Of a stretch of 64,000 nucleotides of DNA, positions 1 through 13,800 are shown one piece after another (position 1 is the first letter of the stretch; the number at the start of each line of letters is the position of its first letter). The position numbers were made by a program, and so were the translations under genes. Source of the DNA: Octopus vulgaris (lineage: Eukaryota). Location: contig OX597819.1 of the NCBI GenBank assembly GCA_951406725.2, forward strand, positions 8,184,001 through 8,248,000, written 5' to 3'. Under the pieces are notes generated by a model. The model saw only the letters and a list, made by a program, of their open reading frames with translations. It was not told the origin of the DNA and searched no databases.

Positions 1-785
1 TACTGTGAATTGCAACTCTTATATTAAATACTAACGCTACGAGCTAAAGCTCTATATTTTGCACAGCACTTAAACCACCATCTTATGACGCTGTTATATG
101 TGTTGTTATCAATTGGTTGTGGCTGGTAACAACGTAACGATACTATTCCGCCAAACAACATCGATTAAATGTCTAAATGTCTGAGACTGAGTAGTTCTTA
201 ATAATTTTATGGGCTATTAACCGTAATCTTGACGATGAAGCATTGTTGATATTTTCACGTACATTCTATTATTCAGATTGGTTCAAACTAATCCAGTAAG
301 TATTGGTGCATGTACAAATAGAATACAGGAGCATAAGAGTGTTTTCCCTTAAGTTTAGCAATACTAATGCCTAGTTTTAATCAAGCAAGTTACTATCTAG
401 TAACAAGGAATATTTAGTTACTGTTAACAGTCTCTAAATGTATAATTCACAGTTTGAAAAATTGTCTTTTTACCCGAAATTGCCGGTAAAAAGTTATGCG
501 AGGGACAAAATATAAGCAAATATATGCAGTTTGAGTAAAAGAACAATAACTTAGCTACGGTTACAGGCTATGAAATGATACAACAACAGTCGATCAAAAT
601 TATTATTTTCAGCTTAGACAGACGGTAGTTTTTTTTTCGTTAGCTGGTTTAACTATTATTGAACTATTCTGCACTGAAATAGAACGAAATGTTTGCAGCA
701 GATTTGAACTGACTATTTAGACTCAGTAGTCCCATATCTAACACGCTTCGCCAGCGGCGTTTATGTAATATTTCTACTATGAATT

Positions 786-829
<44 letters not shown>

Positions 830-1435
830 CAAACACACATGTACGTATGTATGTGTGTCTATCTATGTCTATTTATGTATATATGTGTACATATATATGT
901 ATACGTTTATATATATATATATATATATACTCGTAAATATATATACATTGAAACATAAATATATATCAATAAAAACACATTTCTTTTCAAGAGGGAAGAA
1001 AAAAACAACTGAGTAATAAATAAAATAAAATATATTGTCTATAAATCATTGTGGCAGATAATTAAATTGTTCAATTCTGGTACTGTGTAGTCTCTCTGCT
1101 CTGGCATAGATTAGATCTCTATCTTTATTGGATGGCACTGTACTGCTTTGTGTTGCTCTCAACCTGAAAACTTGGCCCAGTCTTGTACACAAGAATCCTA
1201 TCTCTTTGTCACTGAATGCAGTCATCAGAATCAACAGAATAAGAGAATGATAGAATAGAGACATACTAATAGTTATTTTGATGAAGCAGTTGAAAGGATA
1301 TGTATGTATATTCAAATATATATATATATATATATATTATATGCGCGTGTATATGAATGTGTGTATATTTATATTTATATATGTACACATTCATATACAT
1401 GTACTCATCTGTGTATGTTTAAGAGTGGGGAGGTC

Positions 1436-1469
<34 letters not shown>

Positions 1470-2180
1470 TGCATGTGTATGTGTGTGCGTGTACCGACAG
1501 AGACAGGGGCCAACCAATGAGAAATGTAAGATAGTGTGTCAAAAAGATGCCAACATATTGCAGAGAACTATATTAATTTGTGAGACATCAAAATGTTTTG
1601 GCATCAGTGAATTGTCAATTCTGCTTACTGAGTTTTGCTATTGATAAATTAATTGTAAACCACTCAACCGTGTGTTTTGTTTTTCGTATATGGAGTAATG
1701 TTTGGATGTGATAAACATCTTATTGTTTTTCTTATTATCCAGTTCTCACTTCACCTCTATGACCGGTCTGGGAAATAGACAAAACGAACATATCGAATCT
1801 GCTCTGTTGTCGGTCTTTCGCTCTTCTTGATCAGTGTTGTCAGTGACTATATATTACTTTACAACATTGTTAAACCAAGGTCGAACTGCAAGATACATCA
1901 GTTCTCAGGGGGATTGAACTTCGAAAATCTAGACACACATTTGTCTATTTGTTTGCACATTTACCCTTTTCCAATCTATTTACCTATTCCAGTCCATTTC
2001 TTTCTGGGCCATTCCTTTTTCGGTCAACTTCATTCACTCATTCACCAACACTTTGTGTGTGTGTGTATTCATTCATGCACACATACATACACATATACAT
2101 ATATGTATGTACATGTATGTGAATACATACACATATATAATCCTTACATACTTACCCAAACATATACATACATATACATG

Positions 2181-2216
<36 letters not shown>

Positions 2217-2224
2217 TGCACACA

Positions 2225-2602
2225 TCTTTATATATAAAAGTCAAGTTGTGTGTCTGTCTCCTACGATTTAGATTCCTAACTACTCCCACATTTTGCGGTG
2301 CAGTTTAACCAAAACCGGGTATCTTATAGTCGTGATTCATATCGAGCCCTTCTGGGTATTAGCGCGCGTCTACGATGAGTTTACCATCATTTTTTTCCAT
2401 TTTAATGCATTTTTCGCTATTATATAAGGGAAGTAACTCTCTAAAAATGTCTACGATGAGTCAACGATTTAAAAAAAAATTTACCAGCATTTTTTTCCAT
2501 TTTTAATGCATTTTTTTGCTATTTTTTTTGCTATAACTCTCTAAAAATGCTTATATAGTTATTTCCCTTACAAACCCGAGCAACGTCGGACGATACTGCT
2601 AG
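2225..2602 (+). mobile_element. Non-autonomous Helitron, family H1
   Basis: Starts 5'-TCTTTATATATAAAAG; ends CCCGAGCAACGTCGGACGATACTG-CTAG (subterminal hairpin plus CTAG); sits between host A and T with no TSD. Near-identical to the copies at 24928 and 55902. Confidence 0.88.
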
Positions 2603-2978
2603 TATAATATATATAGCTAGTTAGCTGGCTAGATAGATAGAGCAGTTAAATAATTCATTAGGATCGAGGTAAATCCATGTAGGATTCCAAGAATGGGTGG
2701 ATGGGAACTTAGGATCGATCTCACACTATGTTAAAGCATATCTTAGTTGTCGTTTGCTGGTGGTATTCTATAAGTATCTGTATATACTGTATATACTGTA
2801 CGTTTGTGTATGTTTTCATTATGGCAGTTGCTAACTGGTTATCTTCTGTTTCTAACTTACCTATTTATGTAATGATGGCGGGGTTTTGCTTTGAAGTAAT
2901 CCAAGAATGCATCGACAAAATGTTCCCTAAACAACTGTTGGTTTATGAGCATCATTTGTATTCTCCCTTAATTAGTTA

Positions 2979-3342
2979 TACATACATACATACATACATA
3001 CATACATACACACATACATACATACATACACACATACATACATACATACATACATACATACATACATACATACATGCATACATACATACATGCATGCATA
3101 CATATATACATACATACATATATACATACACGCATACATACATACACACATACATACATACATACATGCATACATACATACATGCATGCATACATATATA
3201 CATACATACATACATACATGCATACATACATATATACATACATACATACATACACAGATATATACATACATACATACATACACACATACATACATACATA
3301 CATACATACATACACACACACATACATATACACATACATACA

Positions 3343-3376
<34 letters not shown>

Positions 3377-3482
3377 CATACATGCATGCATACATACATA
3401 CATACATACATACATACATACATGCATGCATGCATGCATGCATACATACATACATACATACACACATACATACATACATACA
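2979..3482. repeat. (TACA)n microsatellite; similar tracts at about 5810-6330, 29250-29600, 33655-33910, 38343-38620, 57975-58437 and 61315-61575
   Basis: Directly visible; source of the YIHT/MYVC pseudo-ORFs. Confidence 0.97.
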
Positions 3483-3624
3483 TATATATATATGTGTGTG
3501 TCTGTGTGTGTATAATTCAAAACTACAAATAAAAAAGGAGAAAAGAGAGATAGAGAGAGAGAGAGGGAGAGGCGGGAACAATAAACAAGGTGCATTAGTT
3601 TGACGCATAGGTTAAATGGAAGAA

Positions 3625-3662
3625 CTTTCGACGTTTCGAGCTTACGCACTTCTACAGAAAGG
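3625..3662 (-). ncRNA. Minimal type-I hammerhead-like motif (A6U core variant) in a short non-coding repeat (about 3512-3790)
   Basis: Minus strand reads ccttt-CTGTAGA-A-GTGC gtaa GCTC-GAAA-CG-TC-gaaag. Flanks are homologous to 47660-47745. Confidence 0.55.
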
Positions 3663-4489
3663 AATGAGGAAGGAAACAGATGGAAAGTAAGGGGATGGGG
3701 AGAAAAGAAAAACGTGTCTTGATTTACGGTTACACCTCTTCGATTCGCCGGAGGGAAGAAAGTGGTTGGGGACATTGACGGCAAGAGAGATTATGGTGAT
3801 CTGACTAAAGTGTGTGCGTGCAAGCATGCGTGTGTATGGGAGGATAATGTGCTATGTGTGTGTGTGTGGGGCAAACCCGTGTGTGAGTATGAAGATTATG
3901 TAAGCACGTATATGTATACGTATGGGAGCGCAGATGTGTATGCGCTTGTGTGTCTAAGTGTGTGAGTGAACAAATATGTACGCGTGTGTGTGTGGATTGA
4001 TGTGTACGCGCTTGCTCCGGGTATTTATGTGTGTGTTGTACGTGTGTGTGTGAATATGTTTGAGTGTGTGGTGTATTTGTGTGTGCGGGGCTATCGGATG
4101 TGTGTGTGTGTGTGTGTGTGTGTGTGCTTGTGCGTGACTAATGTGTGTTTCATAATTAGTTACGGTCCACACCTAACTCGACGACCCTATTTTCGTGAGC
4201 AACAAAACAACGGAGGAGCAAATTAGGGGCCTGGCATAATTTACTGCAATCAGTAAGAGACGTAACATTACTTCATAGATCAATAATACAGGTTCCCCGC
4301 CAGTCATTGATTTGTTTTTGAGAATGTAAAACAGAAAACGATTCTCGGTAATCTAACTTGGAATTATCTGACTTTGTTATCTGACCTAGAATAATAGAAA
4401 ACTCTCGTTGATTGCCAATCTGTGTTGCTTAATTACTACTCTAAATACGTGTCTCTTTATACCCTTATTAAATCCTACTTTCCCATGGC

Positions 4490-4890
4490 AACAAGGTAGC
4501 TTTGCAGGGAAGGGAAAATCGATGACATCGATCCCAGTAATTGACTGCTACTTATGTTATCGACTCCGAAAGAATGAAAGGCGAAAATCAACGTTGGTGG
4601 AATTTGAACTCAGACCGTGATGACGGACGAAATACCCATTTCTTTATTACCCACAAGGGGCTAAACACAGAGGGGACAAACAAGGACAGACATAGGTATT
4701 AAGTCGATTACATCGACCCCAGTGCGTAACTGGTACTTAATTTATCGACCCCGAAAGGATGAAAGGCAAAGTCGACCTCGGCGGAATTTGAACTCACAAC
4801 GTAACGCAGACGAAATACCGCTAAGCATTTCGCCCAGCGTGCTAACGTTTCTGCCTGCTCGCCGCGAAGCATTTTGTCCGGTGTTGTACC
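4490..4890 (-). mobile_element. Deu/Nin-domain-like tRNA SINE (family D): a young copy (about 4637-4865) embedded in an older diverged copy
   Basis: Matches the 20354-20584 copy. Carries TTGCCTTTCATCCTTTCGGGGTCGATAAATTAAGTACCAG on the minus strand. Pieces of the old copy lie on both sides (4490-4636 and 4866-4890). Confidence 0.85.
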
Positions 4891-4982
4891 TTAAGTTATA
4901 ATACAAGCAATTTTTTTTTATTAAACTAAAGGATTTTTCCATACTTTTTGTAGAGTATATATCTATTATTCTTCAATAATAG

Positions 4983-5078
4983 TATTGATAGTGATTTCGA
5001 AGTTTTCGCCCGCTAAGCCATCGTTGGATTGTCCAGTGACAGCTTAGCAGGGCCGACACTTAGAAGTCACTATCAATA
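4983..5078. repeat. Imperfect 96-bp palindrome / long hairpin
   Basis: TATTGATAGTGA pairs with TCACTATCAATA, GCTAAGC with GCTTAGC, and CGTTGGA with TCCAGTG around a ttg loop. Confidence 0.85.
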
Positions 5079-5963
5079 GTATGGTGTAGTAAGTAACTAC
5101 ATGTGTGTGTGTGGAGGGGGAAGGAAGAAAGTGGTTATACTTTCCTAGATTTTGTCATAAAACAATGACTACGCTGGGGTGATCCATACATTTCCCTACA
5201 CGCTAACATATGAGCACTCCCAGAATGATGATATGCAGAGGTTCGCCGGTCGGGATTTGAACACCAAATTTAAAGAAACACGATCGAATATTGATTTCAA
5301 AAGTTGGTTTATAAGTATATATGCATGTATGTATGTATGTATGTATGTATGTATGTATGTATGTATGTATGTATGTATGAAAGCAAACACACACACACAC
5401 ATATACATATATATATATATAAATGTGTGTATCTGTGTGTGTGTGTGTATGCATATATGTTTGTATATGTGTGTGTGTATGCACATATATTCATGCATGT
5501 ATAATACACATGTGTAGTTATATGGGCGGGTTTGTGTGAATGGAAGGTTGCTCTTTTAAAGCCTGGCCAATTAAAATCACAACTTCAACGTTATATGTCA
5601 AATGTTCGAGCATTAGGATTTTATAGAGACTTCAGTATTAATATCAGTCACGATATATTCAAAATGCTGCAATATTAGATAACACAATCTTTAAGATAAA
5701 TGTGATTGAAAACTTTTAAAACATGTTTTATAGACGTTTTATGATAAACTTTACACGCTACATCACACACACACACACACACATATCACTCCCGTACGTA
5801 AGTACATATATATGTATGAATGTATGTATATATGTATGCATGTATGTATGTATGTATGTATATATTTACGTATGTATGTATTTATGTAAATGTATATGTA
5901 TGTATGTAAGTATGTATGTATGTGTGTATGTATGTGTATATGTATGTGTATGTATGTAGGTAG

Positions 5964-6042
<79 letters not shown>

Positions 6043-6279
6043 ACTCTATGTATATTATTATGTGCGTATTATCTTGCCAATAGAGAGAAAGAGCCGGTTT
6101 CTAACCTAGATCCAAAGTTCCTTCATTTGAATTTGAACATCAACAACAGGAAATTTTTGTATGCATGTATGTATGTATGTATGTATTTATGTATGTATGT
6201 ATGTATGTATGTATGTATGTATGTATGTATGTATGTATGTATGTATGTATGTATGTATGTATGTATGTATGTATGTATG

Positions 6280-6313
<34 letters not shown>

Positions 6314-6825
6314 TGTATGTATATATGTATGTATACCTGCAGATTTGTATGTTTTGCTTTATCGTGTGTAATCTTATGCGTACAGTGGCATATCTGGACA
6401 TGCTCATATATATTTAAATGAAAAACTTCTGGAAAGTTTTACAGATTTTTACAGTTCTAGTGATGAATTGGATCTATAGTCTTCGTATTAAAATGCAAGT
6501 GCATTCAATGCGTGGCGTAATGCGCTGACTTACATTGCTATTATTCAAATTTTATTAGGCAAGAAAGCACGTCTGATGTTCACGGTAAGTGAAGCATTGA
6601 CATGTGAGTCTTAAAAAAAGTTTTTCATGTAAGTCCCTAGTAAGCTATTTTTCTACGGGAAGTGCCAGGTCACGAGAAGTAAATTTTTGCAACTGTTGTG
6701 TAAATTACGTCATTGCAGATTTTCAGTTGAAAGAAAGCTTACTTCTTGATGTTTCCTCTCAAAAAGTATCTCTGTTAATTGCTTCGAAGTGACAAAATTT
6801 AGCCCGTAACGGCTTTCTCTCTCTC

Positions 6826-7219
6826 ACTCTTTTACTTGTTTCAGTCATTTGACTGCGGCCATGCTGGAGCACCGCCTTTAGTCGAGCAAATCGACCCCGG
6901 GACTTATTCTTTGTAAGCCCAGGACTTATTATGTCGGTCTCTTTTGCCGAACCGCTAAGTGACGGGGACGTAAACACACCAGCATCAGTTGTCAAGCAAT
7001 GCTTGGGGGACAAACACAGACACACAAACACACACACATACATATATATATACATATATACGACAGGCTTCTTTCAGTTTCCGTCTACCAAATCCACTCA
7101 CAAGGCATTGGTCGGCCCGGGGCTATAGCAGAAGACATTTGCCCAAGATGCCACGCAGTGAGACTGAACCCGGAACCATGTGGCTGGTTAGCATGCTACT
7201 TACTACACAGCCACTCCTG
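6826..7219 (-). mobile_element. tRNA-headed SINE, family B (internal CA/TA microsatellite, GAGTAAAA-type tail)
   Basis: Minus strand has A-box-like TGGCTGTGTAG, B-box-like GGTTCAGTC and CORE-like TTGGGCAAATGTCTT; more than 10 copies in the window. Confidence 0.92.
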
Positions 7220-7492
7220 AAGATATTTGTAGAGATATATTACGGACAGTTTCCAAACATTTGGTTTCTTAGAAAATTACATTATCTTCTAATGTATGGA
7301 AGAGCCCTATCGACTCTTTTGTGCTACTGGTTATATTCTTTGGCGTCAATGCTTCTAAATGAGCGCAACAAAGAAGAGAATTTTGACTTGTCTCTTGTTA
7401 AACAGTCTTTTCAAGTTATCATCGGTAAGCTCCAAATATTTTCTTTGAAACCATCGAATCAGGGTCTTGGAAAGTTATAGCCCTCATAGTGG

Positions 7493-7623
7493 GCTGGCAT
7501 GGCTGTGTGTTACATGCTTTCAGGGTTCAGTTCCACTTCGTGGCACCTTAGGGAGGAGTCTTCTAATATAGTTTCGGGTCAACCAAAGCCTTCTGCGTGG
7601 ATTTAGTAGACGGAAACTGAAAG

Positions 7624-7673
<50 letters not shown>

Positions 7674-7687
7674 TAGATATAGATATT

Positions 7688-7724
<37 letters not shown>

Positions 7725-7836
7725 CCCGCCATCGCTTGACAGTCAATGCTGGTGTGTTTGTACAAGAAACTTAGCATTTCGGCAAAAGAGACCGGTAGAA
7801 TGAGTACTAGTCTTACAAAGAATAAGTCATGGGAGT

Positions 7837-7838
<2 letters not shown>
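7493..7838 (+). mobile_element. SINE family B, old diverged copy
   Basis: Recognisable head (GGTTCAGTTCCAC), GGATTTAGTAGACGGAAACTGAAAGAAG and 3' half. Confidence 0.8.
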
Positions 7839-7878
<40 letters not shown>

Positions 7879-7903
7879 ATAGATAGACAAAGAGAGAGGA
7901 AGC

Positions 7904-7955
<52 letters not shown>

Positions 7956-9327
7956 TAAATAGGTAAAATGCTTTGTTCCATTTTTCATCCGCCCAAACGT
8001 TTTACGAAAGGATCAGATTTTTCCTCAGGAGCCCTCTCTGCTGACAACAACCTCTACGGCGCAGAGCACTAGATGTGACATGTGAGATGACGCGAACACA
8101 TGCATTAAGGCTGTGGCATCAACAAAGAGTCCGAAATTGTGAGCACGTGTGACTGGCTTTTGTGAATCACTCTCACAGCGCGTCCTTTTGAGAAACCTAC
8201 AGTCTTGTGTCAAACATAAACACAGCCTACTTAGCAGCTGAAATTTTATCAAAAACTTACAGTTTTCTTCTAATCCGATAACGCGGTGAGTGATATAAAT
8301 AAGTGTCTATGAGAAACAAAGTTTGCAGGGATATCACTTAAAGTGGAATATGAGGTGGATAGTAGCGTTCTTTCCTGAAGAAAATTGACTGAAAAGTTTA
8401 TTCAAAGTTGTAAAATTAGCACATAAAAGATAGCCAGTTATTTCAGCTTGTCCTGTTACCAAAGCCGAGTAAAGCTGTGTTCGGCTTTCCTAGTGGTTTG
8501 TGGCTTCAGGTATCCTGATCCTCCATAGTCCGCGATTTCAAGCCATTTGTGGATACTTTTCATTGTTTTCTATTGCTATATTTTGTAAACGTTACAGGAT
8601 TCTATAATTCGCCATTCATCGATATAAACTATATCATTTGTATTTGGTCCTACGAATAAGAGACAAGCCCTCATTCATTTAGACCCTTTCAAATTGATGA
8701 GGTAGATATGGTTGTATATAACTTGAAATTCTGCCGGTTCATATGTATGGACAAAAGTTGAAATACTGTACATCTGAAGATTAAGGGTATGAGACCCAAA
8801 TTGTGGATGTAACGCAATAAATTTGTAGTACAATAAGAACCCCACCCACCAATATATTGTAGGTAAGGCTACACATTCGGTTACTAGTCCAGAACATGAA
8901 CCGTTGTTACAGACGAACGGATGTATGAGTGTGGATTCATAATTGACATGCTGATTGCTGTACGTTGAGTGAAGCCACTAAACGCATCTGTAACCATAGA
9001 ACTTGAACGAAGCGACGTAAGAAGTTAAATAGGTTCTATTAGCACCAAGCTATTCTGCTTTACAATTGTCTGTTATTCACACCATAAACTCACTTCCCTT
9101 ACATAACATTCTGTGTAGGAATGTGTAGATACAAAACGGCGCCAGCAGTCGGTGCTGTAACATTAAAAGTAATAATGATCCATAAGCCGACTCGTTTATT
9201 GGAGCAATAGACAGATACAGCTATCTATACACATTCACAACCACCTCCATCGATGTATCTTTGTGTGCATAATTATATGCACGTATGTCCGATAAACACA
9301 TTTTATTATACATGTATATACATACGT

Positions 9328-9408
<81 letters not shown>

Positions 9409-9862
9409 TATAAAGTATATGTATGTATATATATATGTGTGTGTGTGTATATATATATATAAATACACGTACATTTATATGTGTATGTGTACAGATATGA
9501 ATATATATTTGTATCTATGTAAGTATATGCATCTGCATAAATATACATATATATACAAAGAAATAGAGAGGAGGAGAAAGAGAAATTGTGAGAAATCGTA
9601 TTTTATAGGTCTTTACACGGCCACAATACAAAATACTCATTGTATATACTTGAATGAAATATAAGAAATAATAAAATCTGTTAGTGGTAATACATTGCAA
9701 CTTGGACTTTTATATCCGTGGGAGACGACAATCATCGGACATTTTAAATTCAAAATCTTATTCGAATATCCCTGGCATATACGAACATGTTATTGGGGAA
9801 GTGCTAATTACATCCAATCTACAAAAAAAGTTGTAGGTCTATGTATATGTTTACACACACGT

Positions 9863-10245
9863 GGAGGCGCAATGGCCCAGTGGTTAGGGCAGCGGACTCG
9901 CGGTCGTAGGATCGCGGTTTCGATTCCCAGACCGGGCGTTGTGAGTGTTTATTGAGCGAAAACATCTAAAGCTCCACGAGGCTCCGGCAGAGGATGGTGG
10001 TGATCCCTGCTGTACTCTTTCACCACAACTTTCTCTCACTCTTACTTCCTGTTTCTGTTGTACCTGTATTTCAAAGGGCCGGCCTTGTCACTCTCTGTGT
10101 CATGCTCAATATCCCCGAGAACTACATTGAGGGTGACGTGTCTGTGGAGTGCTCAGCCACTTACACGTTAATTTCACGAGCAGGCTGTTCCGTTGATCGG
10201 ATCAACCGGAACCCTCGTCGTCGTAACCGACGGAGTGCTTCCTTA
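9863..10245 (+). mobile_element. tRNA-derived SINE family C, tail type 1
   Basis: Head GGAGGCGCAATGGCCCAGTGGTTAGGGCAGCGGACTCGCGGTCGTAGGATCGCGGTTTCGATTCCC has A and B boxes; inserted in a CA tract. Confidence 0.88.
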
Positions 10246-11301
10246 AACACACACACACACACATGCACACACACACGTCCGGGGAAAATATCTAATGTAC
10301 ACCTTAACTGGTTTTTAGCCCCTCCGTTTCAGCGCTTCGTTTCGTCACTGAAGTTTCGACCGAAGTAGAACGTCTGGTACCTAGAGTATCGTGGGGCACT
10401 CAAATTTCTCTGCCTGTCTTGGCAATGCGGTTTGTAGAATTTTCGTTATAAGTAATTAATTCCAGGTAACACGACAACGACGACGACCTCAGGGCAACAC
10501 TGCGCGTCAACGAAAATATATTGACTGGTCTATTCCGGAGGATTTTTCTGCCTAGGGCTTAGGGATAATTCCTAGAAATCTCTGGCTTGTTGTTGCTGGT
10601 TTGCGACAAACTCTTAAAGCATGGTAACAATGATAGCCAAGCTGATACATGCAGAGCGACGAAACAGCGCTTTACTCATCCATACAGTGCCCGAGCATTG
10701 TTCACTTATGGAGTTATGTCGAGTAGCTGCTACTGTGAGTAGTACGTATCCGGCAGCAAGCCGTCTCCTTCATAAAGTTCGCCTGCCGCCCTCCTTTGGA
10801 GGAAAAAGGCGGGCAATTTTTCTCTCAGTGGTGGCTATGATAAAAGAGGTTGTGTGATGGACGAAACAGAAAGAACTTATGAAGGAAACTTTCCTCGTTG
10901 GTTAAATCCTAATTGTCATTTTCATTTCTATTACGAAAGGAAAGTGAAGGTTGAGAAAGGTGCTCTCACCTGGCCGTAAATTTGTTGAGAAGTAGGTGAA
11001 TGTAACGAGGATGACCTGAGTCAGTGGGACTACTTTAACTTGCGCCTGTAGAATGGAGAGAAATAATGAAAGAGTGGTGCCTTTCCGTGGTACACTTAAG
11101 TGCAGGAGTAATCCAGTGTCATTGGGGTGCCTTATTTAAACCCCGTGTAGTACACCCTCTCACTTAAGCAATTTGTAATAAATTTTCTAGTTAATTGCTA
11201 TTGTTTTATTTACACCTCTATTTAAATCGCTATTGTTCTTATCTCAAAATTCTACAGCTTTCTTCCTGCCTTGTGTTCAATATGTTATCATCATCATCAT
11301 C

Positions 11302-11847
<546 letters not shown>

Positions 11848-11849
11848 GC

Positions 11850-13800
11850 AGGGTACGATGGAAAGTGTTTAGCTGTTCATAGCCAGTAGACTAAGGTGAC
11901 ACTTGTTTACTTGTCATGCTTCAAAAACCCTGCGAAGAATTCTTGCAGTTCCAGGCAATGCTGATTTTTGTGGGTGTTTTATCTTCCCACTCACACCAAT
12001 CTTTTTCAGCCATGTTGGTAGCTGAGTGCAGATACTTCAATGTGGCACCAATTACTATTGGTATCGCGTCTACTCTCTTAAGTGACCACAACCTTTCGTA
12101 TTTCCCACTTCAAATCGTCACAGTTGTTTATTTTTTTCTTCTTCTTTCACACTGACCTTGTTGTCACCGGAGCATGCCGTGTCGATTATCATGCATGTTC
12201 TTTCATTTATATTGACCACAACAATGTCCGGTTTTAGGGGAAAAGGGACAGAAAATTCATAGCGACAATGCTCTTCTCAGTACCTGTGACGTACCAGTTA
12301 AGACAATCTTTTGCACTTCCTACATGGATGGTTAGCCAAGGATCATTCTTAAATAATTTTCAGTTCCTTTTTCGATCATTCCATGTCTTCCTACAGTCAC
12401 TGGTATTGTAACCGTCTCGAGACGCCACATCTTTTCGATTTCGGTTACCAAATCTTTATACTGATTTCACCTTCTACCATGTTGTTCAACCTGGGTGTTA
12501 TGCATAAACTCACTTGAGAATTTATTGCTCTCCTCCATAACAAAATGAAGTTTCTTATATCTTTCGTGGTTTTCAACGAGCTCTAGCATCCAGCCGTTAG
12601 ATGTTTCAAGATATTTTTTCAGTCCAGTTGTGGTGGTTCTGTAAGAGATTTCAAACTGGATCAACCCTCGACCTCCTTGAACTCTAGCTAGGTAATGGCG
12701 ATCTGCATCCGCCTTTGGGGGGAGTGCACTTATTTCAAGTCAGCAGTTTACGGAGTTTCCTGTCAATCTTCCTCGTCGTCGTCGTCATTAGACTGAATTG
12801 CATTTTATTTCATGTTCTGACTGGGCCTCAACAAGAGACCTAAGGCACGTATATATTTGATGGATAGAAACTTCCTGAGAATGTGGCCGGTTGATTTCAG
12901 CACACGTTTTCGAGTCTCTTAAATTGTTGGTTTCCTAGGAATCGTGTCAAAACATTTTATGATCATTCCTAGGGCACCCACAGCAACAAGAATGGTTTTG
13001 ATTTTTAACTGCCACGTCCTAAATATCTCAGTCTCAAGGTTCTAATTCCTTTGCTGCGATGTTTCTGTGTCACTGCCATATTAATCAACATGCATGTTTT
13101 TCGTCTTAAATCTTTGATGACGATTTCTGGCGTGTTATCGCTTACTTTCCTGTCTATATGTACTCTGTAATCTCATAAGGATGGTAACATTCTATGAAGG
13201 GTGTTCATACCAGTTCTTAGGGTGCGAGATATCATAGTGACGGTATTGGCCAACTCGTTCAGAAGCAAGGACTGAGCAACCAGCAAAAAAGTGGTCAATA
13301 CTCCCAAGTTTATCATTGCAGATTCTACACTTTCTGTCTACCTCATTGTGTGTGACATTAGTTTGACAGTCCCGTATAAGGAGGCTCTGATCTTGTGATG
13401 CTCGAATAAATCCTTACTTCGGCTTTCAAACCAGTGCTCTGCAGCTATTGATGGGGGTCTTTCATATCGACATTAGCTTCCCCAGTTCGTTTAGGGTATT
13501 GCTCAAGCAATGGTTTTTCTTACCACAGTCTCGACATTGCCTTGAAGCTTTCCTGTTTGGCTTTTGTCTTACACTATTTTACTGCCTTAATGGGTGTGAA
13601 CGCTTATTGTCTTTATAGACACACAAAAGTCTTCATCCACAAAACTGCCAATTTTTGCAACCAGCTCTAATGTTCTGACGTCGCCTCTCATTATCTCTCA
13701 TCGTCATGAATAGCGAGCTCCCAAACGTCCTGATTGCATTTTGAAGACTAGTCTGGTATAGCCAGAACTGTTTACAGCCGTCCTCTTCAATCTTGAATAG
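11850..13800 (-). pseudogene. Stack of three decayed RLE-type non-LTR retrotransposon 3' fragments (R4/Dong-like): about 11850-12240, 12330-12800 and 12800-13800
   Basis: Minus-strand translations give the CCHC knuckle KCRICNDKLGSIDHFFAGCSVLA, RLE motifs PDIVVVNINERTCMIIDTAC and NTPEIVIKDLRRKTCMLINMAV, YKDLVTEIEKMWRLETVTIPVTVG, and KADADRHYLARVQGGRGLIQFE. Many stops and frameshifts. Confidence 0.82.

Noticed and set aside
1046-1270. ORF, plus a CTGATGA motif on the minus strand
   Set aside because: There is no correctly placed GAAA or helix I, and the peptide is unrecognisable.
2728-3784. Long ORFs rich in YIHT/MYVC/IY repeats here and throughout the window
   Set aside because: They are translations of stop-free microsatellites, open on both strands and in several frames.
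8000-9200. Complex sequence, possibly a decayed retroelement
   Set aside because: No motif could be read with confidence.
9863-9935. tRNA gene
   Set aside because: It is a SINE head: it continues into a repeat body, the cloverleaf is imperfect and it is repeated at 33296.
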